Shown here: one piece after another, positions 35,352 through 47,785 of the stretch | Position numbering within the stretch: position 1 is the first letter of the stretch | How the letters are laid out: each line of letters opens with the position of its first letter | Assembly: GCF_006345805.1 (NCBI RefSeq) | Contig: NC_043008.1 | Location: 22,816,001-22,880,000 of the forward strand | Reading direction: 5' to 3' | Source: Octopus sinensis | Lineage: Eukaryota | DNA: 64,000 nt | The notes under the pieces: model-generated | Told to the model about the DNA's origin: nothing | The model's database searches: none | What the model saw: the letters and a program-made list of their open reading frames with translations, nothing else | Translations under genes and position numbers: made by a program

Positions 35352-36592
35352 TATGTTTTAACATGTTCATTGGTAGTGAACTAACATTAATAGATAACTA
35401 ATAGATTCTTGGGCAGAGTAACACAAGAATTATCTATAACATTTTTATGTAAACAACTGTGCAGGTGGCACGTAAAAAGCACCCACTACACTCGTGGAGT
35501 GGTTGGCGTTAGGAAGGGCATCCAGCCGTAGAAACTCTGCCAGATCAGACTGGAGCCTGGAGCAGCCCGTGGCTTCCCAGACCCCGGTTGAACTGTCCAA
35601 CCTGTGCTAGCATGGAAAACGGACATTAAACGATGATGATGATGATGATGAATTAATATATCGGAGATGTACTTGCATATCGAGTGACTTGATCTGAGAT
35701 CATGTGTTGAAACACCATGGAGGATATTTGTAAGCCATTCAAGAAAACCCCAAAATCCTTATTTCCATTTCATTTTAATTTTCAGTTGTGTCAAAACATT
35801 TTCGTCACTTTGAAACTGCAACCTGTTCACTGTCAAAGCTTGGTGCTGCATCTGAGAGAGTAACAGTTAGTTCATGATGTGTATGTGTGTGCGCGCATGT
35901 ATATGGGTTGGACAGTTTGACTGAGGTCTGGAGAGCCAGCGGGTGCACCAGGCTCCAATCTGGTCTGGCAGAGTTTCTACAGCTGGATGACCTTCCTAAC
36001 GCCAACCAGTGGATGCTTTTTACATGCCACTGGCATAGGCACCAGTAGGTGGGCTTGGCAATGACCACATTTGGTTGGTGCTTTTTACGTGCTACCAGCA
36101 CAGGAGCCAGTCAGAGGGTACTAGTGTCGGTCACAATCAGTTGGTGCTTTTTACATGCCACCGGCACCAGAGCCAGTCAGGTGGGCCTGGCAACAAACAG
36201 GTGGGCCTGGCTTTTTATATGCCATCGGCACAGGAGTGAGCCAGGGACACCAGCCCCAGCTATGATATTGGTTTCACTTGACTCAACAGGTCTTCTCAAG
36301 AATATCATTTCGCCCGACACATCAGGAGTATTCTTAACAGGGCAGTATTTATGTTTTAACATGTTCATTGGTAGTGAACTAACATTAATAGATCACTAAT
36401 AAATTCTTGGGCAGAGTAACACACAAGAATTATCTATAACATTTTTATGTAAACAATTGATATATCGGAGATGTACTTGCATATTGAGTGACTTGATCTG
36501 AGATCATGTGTTGAAACACCATGGAAGATATTTGTAAGCCATTCAAGAAAACCCCAAAATCGTTAGTTCCACTTCATTTTAATTTTCAGTTG
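35352..36592. repeat. Local direct duplication (35352-35788 vs 36350-36592); the first copy carries an extra RTE tail (35458-35650)
   Basis: Both copies share TATGTTTTAACATGTTCATTGGTAGTGAACTAACATTAATAGAT... and ATATATCGGAGATGTACTTGCAT... Confidence 0.9.
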
Positions 36593-37090
36593 GGTCTTCT
36601 CAATCACAATGTATCTCCTAAGGTCATGGTCTCCTGTCATTGCCTCTGTGAGGCCCAATGTTCGAAGGTCATGCTTCACCACCTCATCCCATGTCTTCCT
36701 GGGTCTACCTCTTCTACAGGTTCCTTCTACAGTTAGGGAGTGGAACTTCCTCACACAGCTGTCTGCATTCATATGTAACACATGGCCATACCAGCGCAGT
36801 CGCATCTCTTGCACACCACACTTGATGCTTCTTATGCCCAACTTTTCTCTCGGGGCGCTTACCCTGTCGTGTATGCACACTGACATTACACATCCAGCAG
36901 ATCATACTAGCTTCATTTTTTTCAAACCTACGCATGTCTTCAGCATTCTTGGCCCCTGTTTCACAGGTGTGTAGCACGGCAGTTAGCACACATGCATCAT
37001 ACAGTCTACCTTTCACTCTGAGCAAGAGGCCTTTAGTTGCCAGCAGAGGTAGGAGTTCCCTGAACTTTGCCCAGGTTATTCTTACTCTAG
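35900..37090 (-). mobile_element. RTE LINE 3' fragment (ORF end 36593-37090, UTR 35900-36310) split by the duplicated block
   Basis: WAKFRELLPLL, RLYDACV, RLRWYGHV and GRPRKTWDEVVKHDL are homologous to 7025-7560. Confidence 0.8.
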
Positions 37091-37632
37091 TCTCATTCCA
37101 CCATATTACTACCCCTACCTGCCTCTCTCTGCCCCATCACTTAGGCTCTATCACTACATACCTGACACTCCTTTTCTTTTTACACTATTATACCTCTCTC
37201 TATCACCCCTATTCCTTCTATATGACACTCCTTTACTCTTTACCCTATCATCTTTTCACACTCTCATATCTTTCTCTCTCTATCACCCTCACTTCCCCAT
37301 TCCTACTATCAATTTATCTTGACTGACCACTAACTGGTACACATTCCCTCTCTTAATCTCTTTATTATCTCTCTCCTTGCTTTTCTTTTTTTTTTCTTTA
37401 TTCCTCTCTTCCTGTTTTCGATTTGACCTTACAAATACATTCCCTGATTTTATGTCACTATTGGAATTTATTCACAAGGTATTGGAATCTTGTATGTATA
37501 CCATTCTGCCTAAAAAATGGATCTACAAATGCAATATCCCTGCATATCTCACATCTGTTTTCATTCCTCCACTTCACTCGCTATTTCATATCTTATCTAA
37601 ATCAACTATTGCTTAACCATTTTCTCACACCA

Positions 37633-37679
37633 TCTCCGATGAAGGGATATAAAAATATATCCCAGAAACAGCTGTAAGA
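37633..37679 (+). ncRNA. Hammerhead-like motif with CCGAUGA core in a probable PLE pLTR
   Basis: tct-CCGATGA-a-gggatat-aaaaat-atatccc-a-GAAAC-AGCT-GTA-aga. The ACAGCTGT palindrome is shared with the copy at 10352. Confidence 0.6.
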
Positions 37680-37754
37680 CCTATTTATAAATGTTCTAAA
37701 ATCTTCACAGCCTTGGGTTTTTTTTTTATCTCATTCTGAAAAAAAAATTTTTAT

Positions 37755-37927
37755 AGGCACAGGAGTGGCTGTGTGGTAAGTAGCTTGCTAACCAACCACA
37801 TGGTTCCGGGTTCAGTCCCACTGCGTGGCATCTTGGGCAAGTGTCTTCTGCTATAGCCCCGGGCCGACCAATGCCTTGTGAGTGGATTTGGTAGAGGGAA
37901 ACTGAAAAGAAGCCCATCGTATATATG

Positions 37928-37960
<33 letters not shown>

Positions 37961-38163
37961 TTGTGTGTCTGTGTTTGTCCCCCTAGCATTGCTTGACAAC
38001 CGATGCTGGTGTGTTTACATCCCCGTCACTTAGCGGTTCGGCAAAAGAGACTGATAGAATAAGTACTGGGCTTACAAAGAATAAGTCCCGGGGTCGATTT
38101 GCTCGACTAAAAGGTGGTGCTCCAGCATGGCCGCAGTCAAATGACTGAAACAAGTAAAAGAGT
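37755..38163 (+). mobile_element. SINE family A, full length, close to apparent consensus
   Basis: Colinear with the other family A copies and has few mismatches. Confidence 0.85.
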
Positions 38164-38329
38164 ATATATACACATGCTGATATATGACCTACATTGGACT
38201 CCTTATTCGCATAATCACCAAACCTGGAGCTTAACTATGGTCTGCCCATAGCACTTACTCAGCATTACCTGACACCTTTGGGTCTTATTGACACCATTAC
38301 CTCTCATAACCTATATATATATAAGCATT

Positions 38330-38660
38330 AATCTATGCGGAACTTCCTTTATTGACTCTGGCTGCCTCGGACTCTTTGTATGGCTTATTGAACAATTGCC
38401 AGAAGGCGTTAATTTTTATCATACGTAGTTGTGTGCCATTAAAGTTATGAGAAGCATTAGCACGATGATAATTAAGTACCACCTATACATTATATGCTCT
38501 CCACTCATTCACAACCACTTTAGATCTTGGGACAACCAATCGTTGATAAATTGGTAATCGATGTTGGTGTACATCTAATATTTACACATCTCTAACAACC
38601 GTTTTGATGATTTTTTGTGTTTGGAGATTTAAAGTTCATCCACCTGCATTTTGAAATAAT
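38330..38660 (-). mobile_element. Merlin/IS1595-like transposase relic
   Basis: Manual translation RLPIYQRLVVPRSKVVVNEWRAYNV*..YHRANASHNF..INAFW resembles Merlin LPII...V.PGS.I.SDEWRAY..L..Y.H.TVNHS.NF..IE.FW. Confidence 0.5.
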
Positions 38661-38767
38661 TTTGTTGTCAAGCTTAGCATTAGTACAAATTAATTATTGT
38701 GATACTAAGACCACAGCATAGCTGCAATTCAAACAGATGAATAAAAAAAAAAAATGAAGAGATATTC

Positions 38768-41700
38768 ATCATCATCATCATCATTTAACATCCATTTTCC
38801 ATGCTAGCATGGGTTGGACGGTTCGACCGGGGTCTGGGAAGCCAGGAGGCTGCGCCAGGCTCCAGTCTGATCTGGCAGTGTTTCTACAGCTGGATGCCCT
38901 TCCTAACGCCAACCACTCCGTGAGTGTCGTGGTTGCTTTTTACTTGCCACCAGCACAGGGGCCAGAGGAGGCTGGCAACAGCCACGATCGGTTGGTGCTT
39001 TTTACTTGCCACCAGCACAGGGGCCAGAGGAGGCTGGCAACAGCCACGATCGGTTGGTGCTTTTTACTTGCCACCAGCACAGGGGCCAGAGGAGGCTGGC
39101 AACAGCCACGATCGGTTGGTGCTTTTTACGTGTCACTAGCACAGGGGCCAGAGGAGGCTGGCAACAGCCACGATCGGTTGTGCTTTTTTACTTGCCACCA
39201 GCACACAGGGGCCAGAGGAGGCTGGCAACAGCCACGATCGGTTGGTGCTTTTTACTTGCCACCAGACAGGGGCCAGAGGAGGCTGGCAACAGCCACGATC
39301 GGTTGGTGCTTTTTACTTGCCACCAGCACAGGGGCCAGAGGAGGCTGGCAACAGCCACGATCGGTTGGTGCTTTTTACTTGCCACCAGCACAGGGGCCAG
39401 AGGAGGCTGGCAACAGCCACGATCGGTTGGTGCTTTTTACGTGTCACCAACACAGGGGCCAGAGGAGGCTGGCAACAGCCACGATCGGTTGGTGCTTTTT
39501 ACGTGTCACCAACACAGGGGCCAGAGGAGGCTGGCAACAGCCACGATCGGTTGGTGCTTTTTACGTGTCACCAACACAGGGGCCAGAGGAGGCTGGCAAC
39601 AGCCACGATCGGTTGGTGCTTTTTACGTGTCACCAACACAGGGGCCAGAGGAGGCTGGCAACAGCCACGATCGGTTGGTGCTTTTTACGTGTCACCAGCA
39701 CAGGGGCCAGAGGAGGCTGGCAACAGCCACGATCGGTTGGTGCTTTTTACTTGCCACCAGCACAGGGGCCAGAGGAGGCTGGCAACAGCCACGATCGGTT
39801 GGTGCTTTTTACGTGTCACCAGCACAGGGGCCAGAGGAGGCTGGCAACAGCCACGATCGGTTGGTGCTTTTTACGTGTCACCAACACAGGGGCCAGAGGA
39901 GGCTGGCAACAGCCACGATCGGTTGGTGCTTTTTACGTGTCACCAACACAGGGGCCAGAGGAGGCTGGCAACAGCCACGATCGGTTGGTGCTTTTTACGT
40001 GTCACCAACACAGGGGCCAGAGGAAGCTGGCAACAGCCACGATCGGTTGGTGCTTTTTACGTGTCACCAACACAGGGGCCAGAGGAGGCTGGCAACAGCC
40101 ACGATCGTGGGTGCTTTTTTAACGTGTCACCACCACAGGGGCCAGAGGAGGCTGGCAACAGCCACGATCGGTTGGTGCTTTTTACGTGTCACCAGCACAG
40201 GGGCCAGAGGAGGCTGGCAACAGCCACGATCGGTTGGTGCTTTTTACGTGTCCACCAACACAGGGGCCAGAGGTGAGGCTGGCAACAGCCACGATCGGTT
40301 GGTGTGCTTTTTACGTGCCACCATCACGGGGCCAGAGGAGGCTGGCAACAGCCACGATCGTTTGGTGCTTTTTACGTGCCACCAACACAGGGGCCAGAGG
40401 AGGCTGGCAACAGCCAACGATCGGTTGTGCTTTTTTACGTGTGCACCAGCACAGGGGCCAGAGGAGGCTGGCAACAGCCACGATCGGTTGGTGCTTTTTA
40501 CACGTGCCACCACCCGAGGGGCCAGAGAGGCTGGCAACAGCCACGATCGGGGGATTGGTGCTTTTTACGTGCCACCAGCACAGGGGCCAGAGGAGGCTGG
40601 CAACAGCCACGATCGGTTGGTGCTTTTTACGTGTCACCACACAGGGGCCAGAGGAGGCTGGCAACAGCCACGATCGGTTGGTGCTTTTTACGTGCACCAA
40701 CACAGGGGCCAGAGGAGGCTGGCAACAGCCACGATCGGTTGGTGCTTTTTTACTACTGCCACCAGCACAGGGGCCAAGGAGTGCTGGCAACAGCCACGAT
40801 CGGTTGGTGCTTTTTACGTGCCACCAACACAGGGGCCAGAGGAGGCTGGCAACAGCCACGATCGGTTGGTGCTTTTTACGTGCCAACCAACACAGGGGCC
40901 AGAGGAGGCTGGCAACAGCCACGATCGGTTGTTGCTTTTTACGTGCCACAACCACAGGGGCCAGAGGAGGCTGGCAACAGCCACGATCGGTTGGTGCTTT
41001 TTACGTGTCACCAACACAGGGGCCAGGAGGCTGGCAACAGCCACGATCGGTTGGTGCTTTTTACTGCCACCAGCACAGGGGCCAGAGGAGGCTGGCAACA
41101 CCACGATCGGTTTTGCTTTTTACTTGCCACCAGCACAGGGGCCAGAGGAGGCTGGCAACAGCCACGATCGGTTGGTGCTTTTTACTTGCCACCAGCACAG
41201 GGGCCAGAGAGGCTGGCAACACCACGATCGGTTTTTGTGCTTTTTTACGTGCACCAACACAGGGGCCAGAGGAGGCTGGCAACAGCCACGATCGGTTGGT
41301 GCTTTTTACTGCCACCAGCACAGGGGCCAGAGAGGCTGGCAACAGCCACGATCGGTTGGTGCTTTTTACTTGCCACCAGCACAGGGGCCAGAGGAGGCTG
41401 GCAACAGCCACGATCGGTTGGTGCTTTTTACTGTCACCAACACAGGGGCCAGAGGAGGCTGGCAACAGCCACGATCGGTTGGTGCTTTTTACGTGTGCAC
41501 CAACACAGGGGCCAGAGGAGGCTGGCAACAGCCACGATCGTTGGTGCTTTTTACTGCCACCAACACAGGGGCCAGAGGAGGCTGGCAACAGCCACGATCG
41601 GTTGGTGCTTTTTACTTGCCACCAACACAGGGGCCAGAGGAGGCTGGCAACAGCCACGATCGGTTGGTGCTTTTTACTTGCCACCAACACAGGGGCCAGA

Positions 41701-42185
41701 GGAGGCTGGCAACAGCCACGATCGGTTGGTGCTTTTTACTTGCCACCAGCACAGGGGCCAGAGGAGGCTGGCAACAGCCACGATCGGTTGGTGCTTTTTA
41801 CTTGCCACCAACACAGGGGCCAGAGGAGGCTGGCAACAGCCACGATCGGTTGGTGCTTTTTACTTGCCACCAACACAGGGGCCAGAGGAGGCTGGCAACA
41901 GCCACGATCGGTTGGTGCTTTTTACTTGCCACCAACACAGGGGCCAGAGGAGGCTGGCAACAGCCACGATCGGTTGGTGCTTTTTACGTGTCACCAACAC
42001 AGGGGCCAGAGGAGGCTGGCAACAGCCACGATCGGTTGGTGCTTTTTACGTGTCACCAACACAGGGGCCAGAGGAGGCTGGCAACAGCCACGATCGGTTG
42101 GTGCTTTTTACTTGCCACCAGCACAGGGGCCAGAGGAGGCTGGCAACAGCCACGATCGGTTGGTGCTTTTTACGTGTCACCAACA
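38768..42185 (-). mobile_element. RTE 3' UTR fragment whose internal repeat module is expanded into a satellite
   Basis: The (GAT)n tail and UTR at 38768-38940 run directly into the array. Confidence 0.85.
38935..42184. repeat. Tandem array, 62-bp unit, about 52 copies
   Basis: Unit ACTTGCCACCAGCACAGGGGCCAGAGGAGGCTGGCAACAGCCACGATCGGTTGGTGCTTTTT with period 62 (38941, 39003). Variants ACTTGCC vs ACGTGTC and CAGCAC vs CAACAC. Confidence 0.97.
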
Positions 42186-43239
42186 TGGTTTTTAAGTAAA
42201 AAAAAAAAGTTTGCATTCCACCTGAGCTTGAAATCGTGGAGCTACCTACCGGGTGGTTTGTTGATAGGGAAATGAGATATTGACATATCTGTAGCTGAGC
42301 AGCTTTTCATGCAAGTACAGAATATATAAACATTGACACAAACACACACACATATAATGGACTTAGTACAGTTTCCACCTACCAAAGTCAGGAGACATTG
42401 GTCAGCCTGGAGCAATTGCAAAATGTACCAAACACTGGTATCATTAAGCCTGAAACTGTGTGGTTATGGAACAAGCTTCTACAGCACACTGTTGTGCCTG
42501 CCCCTCTTATATATTATTTATGTGACTTATGTGGTGCTCTAGCATAACCATAGCCACATGACTGGATCAAGTAAAAGAATGAATCAGGACAGAGGTAAAT
42601 GCTATGTCCAGTAAGCTTATATGTCCAGATAAGCTACAGTTTAGGTTCAAGGTTCTCAATGTGGCAAGAGAATGGTGGTACATCTTCCCATTTTTCTTTT
42701 TTGCTACACATCATCTCAATCCCCATAACTAAGGCTTTCAAACAGCTGAAGAGTCATCGTCTAACATCCACTGTCTATGTTGGCACGGGTTGGATGGTCT
42801 GACTAGAGCTGGTGAGCTGAGGGTCTAAACCAGAATCTAGTCTGACTTGGTATGGTTTCTACGGCTGGATGCCCTTCCTAAAGCCAACCACTCTGAGTGT
42901 GTAATGGGTGCTTTTAATGTGCCACTGGCACAGATGTCAATTTGCAATAACACCAATCTCTACCATGGCTATGATTTCACTTGGCTTGATGAGTCTTCTT
43001 CTCAAGCATGTCATTTGTCATTGTCTCCATAAGGCCCAGTGATCGGAAAGTGATAATTCAGCTATTCTGAATTGCACTGTTGTATATTTATTTGCATACA
43101 CACACACAGGTCCTCATTGACTTACAACCGATTGACTACATGACAATTGACATGCCAGCTGCCGGCAGCACAATAAATAGTCCAGTCGAAATCTAATGGG
43201 TTTAATTTCTTAGAAATTAAGCCATCTACGGATGGGTTA

Positions 43240-43557
43240 ATTTAGTGCCAGAGCTATGCCGTCGGGAACTTCGGTTCCTGGTAGGGCCACCCAAGGCGGA
43301 TTGGTCTGACACTGAGTGGTATTAGGGCCACAACCCAGCAGACGGGGCTCTGGTGAATATCCTCGGAGTGTCTGCTTTGGCAACGGGCAGCTCCTCGGTC
43401 GTTCTGTCCCTGCGTCTGCGGACAATCTGCAGCAAACAGGATGTCTCCACATGTGGGATTGTTGGGGACTGCTTGTGAAATCCACATATTCCCACGAAAC
43501 TTCTTCCATGAGTAGAAGAAGCCGACTCAACCTGCCCAGGGTGAATGTTGCCACAAG
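43240..43557 (+). mobile_element. GC-rich island resembling the 5' UTR and ORF start of an RTE-type LINE
   Basis: AGAGCTATGCCGTCGGG...CCTGGTAGGGCCACCCAAGGCGGATTGGTC recalls RTE 5' UTRs from memory. It ends in RLNLPRVNVAT, like the start of an APE domain (xxATWNV). Confidence 0.4.
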
Positions 43558-44039
43558 TAAGTAAGTATCTATGGATGACATCAGCTAACAAAAGTGGCAT
43601 CGAAGATCCTCAGCCAAGCATCAGTCTACAATAAATTTTTACGTAAGTCTTGCAATTGTTCCTTACACTACATTGTGTATTTTTTGTATTTGCATTCTTT
43701 GGTACTTTTCCATGAACAAATAACACTTGTAGTTATAATACAGAATGCTGTGTTTGATTTTTACGTGAGAATTTACCTTAAGAATATAAAAATATAAAAC
43801 AAAGCTATGCAGGCCTATACACAGACTTACAACCAGTCAGTCAGAACAAACTGTGGTCGTAAATCAATGGCAACCTGTGTACACACACACATAAATCATC
43901 ATCACTTACTGAACAACCCATCTCCCCTAACACCATTAAAAAACTTCCCTCTCCATTCCACACTCACCCAGTCAAATCCTCTGTTCCACTTATATTCACC
44001 CCATCCCAGAGGGTATTCTTTCTTTCTGCCTTTAACCCT

Positions 44040-44350
44040 CCAACTGCGGAGTATAGGCCACTTATAATTGAATTCCATGTAGCATAATTTTTTGCTTCTG
44101 TACTTATACTCTGCCATGAATGTCCCCCTTTTTCTAGTTCCTTTTGTATTGATCTATGCACCGATTTCTTAAGCCTACCTCTCTTTCTATATCCATCCAG
44201 ATTCCACTGTAAAGCACTTTTCGCTACATTTGGTCTGTCTTTTCTAATTGTGCTACCAATCCACTTCCACTTTTTCATAAAGATTTGCTCCCTAATCGAA
44301 ACTTCATTTGTTCTTTCAATCGTAGTTTCCTTCATAAACCAATCTATAAC
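44040..44350 (-). mobile_element. RTE-clade LINE C-terminal fragment (different family)
   Basis: WKWIGSTIRK..AKSALQWNLDGYRKRGRLKK..W..IISGLYS. Confidence 0.7.
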
Positions 44351-44445
44351 TAGATAAGTGTCTTGCTGTAGAGTAAACATGGATATCCCAGTTGGAAAAG
44401 GAAGGAGTTGCCGGATGCTCTCCAAATGTCCAGTACATACATATA

Positions 44446-44495
<50 letters not shown>

Positions 44496-44849
44496 CCACC
44501 ATCTCCCTTTCTCTCCTTTCTTTTCCAACTGGGATATCCATGTGTTTCCTCTACAGCAAGACATGTATCTCTATCACTCTACTCTACATTATTCTTTCTA
44601 ATCTCTCATCAACAGGTACGAATCCCCTTCCCTCAATACTATATCTCCTCCCAGTCAAGGGATTTTTGCCTTGCAAGTTGCTGTGTGACGCCTGCCAGCA
44701 CTTGTGCCACATAAAAACACCCAGCACACTCTGTAAAGTGGTTGGTGTTAGGAAGGGCATCCAGTCATAAAAACCATGTCAAAACAGGCAACACAACTTG
44801 GTCACACTCCTCTGGCTTGCCGGATGCTCTCCAAATGTCCAATACATAC

Positions 44850-44918
<69 letters not shown>

Positions 44919-45031
44919 CCTAACCATTGCTAACATGGACAACAGATATTAAATGATGATGACATACATATATACATATATACAAACACGTACAAGCACA
45001 CACACACCCTAATTTCCAGGAATTACTAAGG

Positions 45032-45290
45032 CAATGGTTCCCCAACCTGTGGTCTGTAGACCCCCCTGGCGATTCACAAAGGAAGTACTGGTAGTTCGTG
45101 AACTAAATTCAAAATTTCATATACCGTATTTTAACGTGCAAAAGGAAACCTTTTTTGTCAAAAGTTAGGTTAAAAAAATATGTGAGTTTCTTATACATAG
45201 ATAGCATTATAATCCCTTACAAAGCCTTTTTTCCTAATTTTAAGCCCCAAAATTTAGAGGGTTCCTTATACATGTTAAAATACAGTATAT

Positions 45291-45350
<60 letters not shown>

Positions 45351-45435
45351 TAAGGCTAAGCATATTAAAAGGGTTCTGAGGGAAAACTTATTTAAATAGA
45401 AAGGGTCCTTGGTAGTAAAAAGTTGGGAACTACTG
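45032..45435. mobile_element. hAT-type MITE
   Basis: TIRs CAATGGTTCCCCAAC and GTTGGGAACTACTG; degenerate TSD TACTAAGG / GACTAGGG. Confidence 0.65.
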
Positions 45436-45984
45436 GACTAGGGCAATGATCTGAACGGGCATTAGCCATTACATGACAACTATTAACATGTATTTGTAAG
45501 AGCAAGGTCACCATAACATTTATAAGGCCACAAGATGCTTAAGCACGCATGTAAGTTTCTTAGTCGATTTCGGTATTATAGTTGACAGAATGTATGACAG
45601 CTTCGTTTAAATTAATCTTAATTAAAAACAATTTGAAGTGGGTGGACAATTAGTGAAGAGATAATGGATTTTCCTAAATTTAACCCTTTAGCATTTAAAT
45701 TGGTCATATCAGACACAAATATTGGACCTGTTATAGGGCAATGGTTCCCACCCCCTGGTAGTCCACAAAGGAAGTACTGGTGGTCCATGAACTAAATTCA
45801 AAATTTCGTATACTGTATTTTAACGTGCAAAAAGAACCCTGGCTGGATCAGATATCTCATACCTACCCTATAATGTCTTTTTAAAAATAAACACTTACAT
45901 CATTGAAATCTCAAATTTTTTTATCTGTTTAAATATTACATATCTGATATTTCAAATGCAGTATCACCATTAAAACAACAGAAA

Positions 45985-46080
45985 AAGGTGGAAAAAGTTG
46001 TCAACAAATAGCCATAGGAGTTGAACCCACATCCCCCAAGACACCAGCTGATTGCTTTACCATTAAGCTAAACTGTCCAC
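45985..46080 (-). mobile_element. Fourth tRNA-derived SINE-like head (other copies at ~46880-46945 on + and ~54330-54425 on -)
   Basis: Box A-like TAGCTTAATGG and box B-like GGTTCAACTCC; three copies. Confidence 0.5.
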
Positions 46081-46637
46081 TGACAATAACTACGCTGATT
46101 TTAATAGATAGCTTTCTGAAATGTAACAACCCCCAGGAAAAGATGGGATGAGATGGTGAAGCATGACCTTCAAATGTTGGGTCTCACAGAGGCAATGACA
46201 AGCGACCTGGACCTTAGGAGATATGCTGTGCTTGAGAAGACCCAGCAAACCAAGTGAGATCGTGGCTGATGCCAGTGTCGCATAACTGGCCCATTTAAAA
46301 GGACCCTTCAATCATTGTAGGTTATGCTTGAGAAGACCTGTTGTGTCAAGTGAAATTGTAGTCATGGCCGATGCTAGTGCCACCTGACTGGGCCCCCGTG
46401 CCACTACACTCTTGGAGTGGTTGACGTTAAGAAAGACATCCAGCTGTAGAAACCTTTCCGGATCAGATTGGGGCCTGATGCAGCTTCCTGGCTTGCCAGT
46501 CCTCAAACTGTCCAACCTACGCCAGCATGGAAAGCAGATGATGATGATGATGTGTGTATATAAAAAAATTCACATTTGTTTTTTTAGAAGCATTGAATGA
46601 GTACTATTTGATACAAACAAGAAGATGGTATTTTGAA

Positions 46638-46868
46638 TGGCGAGCTGGCAGAAACGTTAGCGCACCGGGTGAAATGCGTAGCCGTATTTCGTCTGCCGTT
46701 ATGTTCTGAGTTCAAATTCCGCCGAGGTCGACTTTGCCTTTCATCATTTCGGAGTCGATAAATTAAGTACCAGTTACGCACTGGGGTCGATGTAACCGAC
46801 TTAATCCGTTTGTCTGTCCTTGTTTTCCCTTCTGTGTTTAGCCCCTTGTGGGTAGTAAAGAAATAGGT
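46638..46868 (+). mobile_element. SINE family B, full length
   Basis: Colinear with 1136-1368. Confidence 0.85.
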
Positions 46869-47089
46869 ATTTTGAACACAGTATTGCCTGTGTCTTGGGG
46901 GATGTGGGTTCAACTCCCATGGCTGTTTGTTGACAACTTTTTCCAGCTCGTAAGAGTAATAATACCCAATTTTTCTACTGTTTTAACAGTGATACGGCAT
47001 TTGATAAGACAATTTCTTGTTTGTATCATACAATACACATTCAACGCTTCTAAAAAACAAATGCATACACATGTGGTTGTTACATTATA

Positions 47090-47785
47090 CATCATCATCA
47101 TCATCATTTAGCATCCGCTTTCCATGCTAGCATGGGTTGGACAGTTCAACTGGGGTCCGGGAACCCAGAAGGCTGCACCAGGCCCAGTCTGATCTGGCAA
47201 TGTTTCTACGGCTGGATGCCCTTCCTAATGCCAACCACTCCGTGAGTGTAGTGGGTGCTTTTTATGTGCCAGACGGGGCTGGCAAACGGCCACGGTCGGA
47301 TGGTGCTTTTTACGTGCCACCAGCAAGGGGGCCAGGTGAGGCTGGCAATGGCCACGATCAGATGGTGCTTTTTACGTACCACCGGCACGGGGGCCAGGTG
47401 AGGCTGGCAACGGCCACGATCAGATGGTGCTTTTTACGTACCACCGGCACGGGGGCCAGGTGAGGCTGGCAACGGCCACGATCGGATGGTGCTTTTTACG
47501 TGCCACCAGCAAGGGGGCCAGGTGAGGCTGGCAACGGCCACGATCGGATGGTGCTTTTTACGTGCCACCAGCAAGGGGGCCAGGTGAGGCTGGCAACGGC
47601 CACGATCAGATGGTGCTTTTTACGTACCACCGGCACGGGGGCCAGGTGAGGCTGGCAACGGCCACGATCAGATGGTGCTTTTTACGTGCCACCAGCAAGG
47701 GGGCCAGGTGAGGCTGGCAACGGCACGATCAGATGGTGTTTTTTACGTACCACCGGCACGGGGGGCCAGGCGAGGCTGGCAACAC
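47090..47785 (-). mobile_element. RTE 3' UTR fragment with about 8 tandem ~61-bp modules (47280-47785)
   Basis: Tail and UTR, then repeated GGTGCTTTTTACGT(G/A)CCACC(A/G)GCA(A/C)GGGGGCCAGGTGAGGCTGGCAACGGCCACGATC. Confidence 0.9.

Larger units (their letters stand above)
44423..46270 (+). repeat. Segmental duplication copy A (paralogue at 53503-54613)
   Basis: Long shared non-repeat sequence such as CCACCATCTCCCTTTCTCTCCTTTCTTTTCCAACTGGGATATCC. Copy A has ~680 extra bp. Confidence 0.9.

Noticed and set aside
25360-42184. CRISPR-like appearance of the 107-bp and 62-bp arrays
   Set aside because: There are no unique spacers and no cas genes, the context is eukaryotic, and the units derive from an RTE LINE.
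38809-42275. ORFs of 437, 1089, 344, 669 and 631 aa
   Set aside because: The 62-bp unit has no plus-strand stop in any frame, so all three frames stay open and encode the same rotating peptide. This is a satellite artefact, not a gene.
43326-43557. Frame with several in-frame TGA codons (selenoprotein idea) or a coding exon 43215-43557
   Set aside because: The frame is preceded by TAG, all frames from the acceptor hit stops, there is no recognisable family, and no SECIS is evident.
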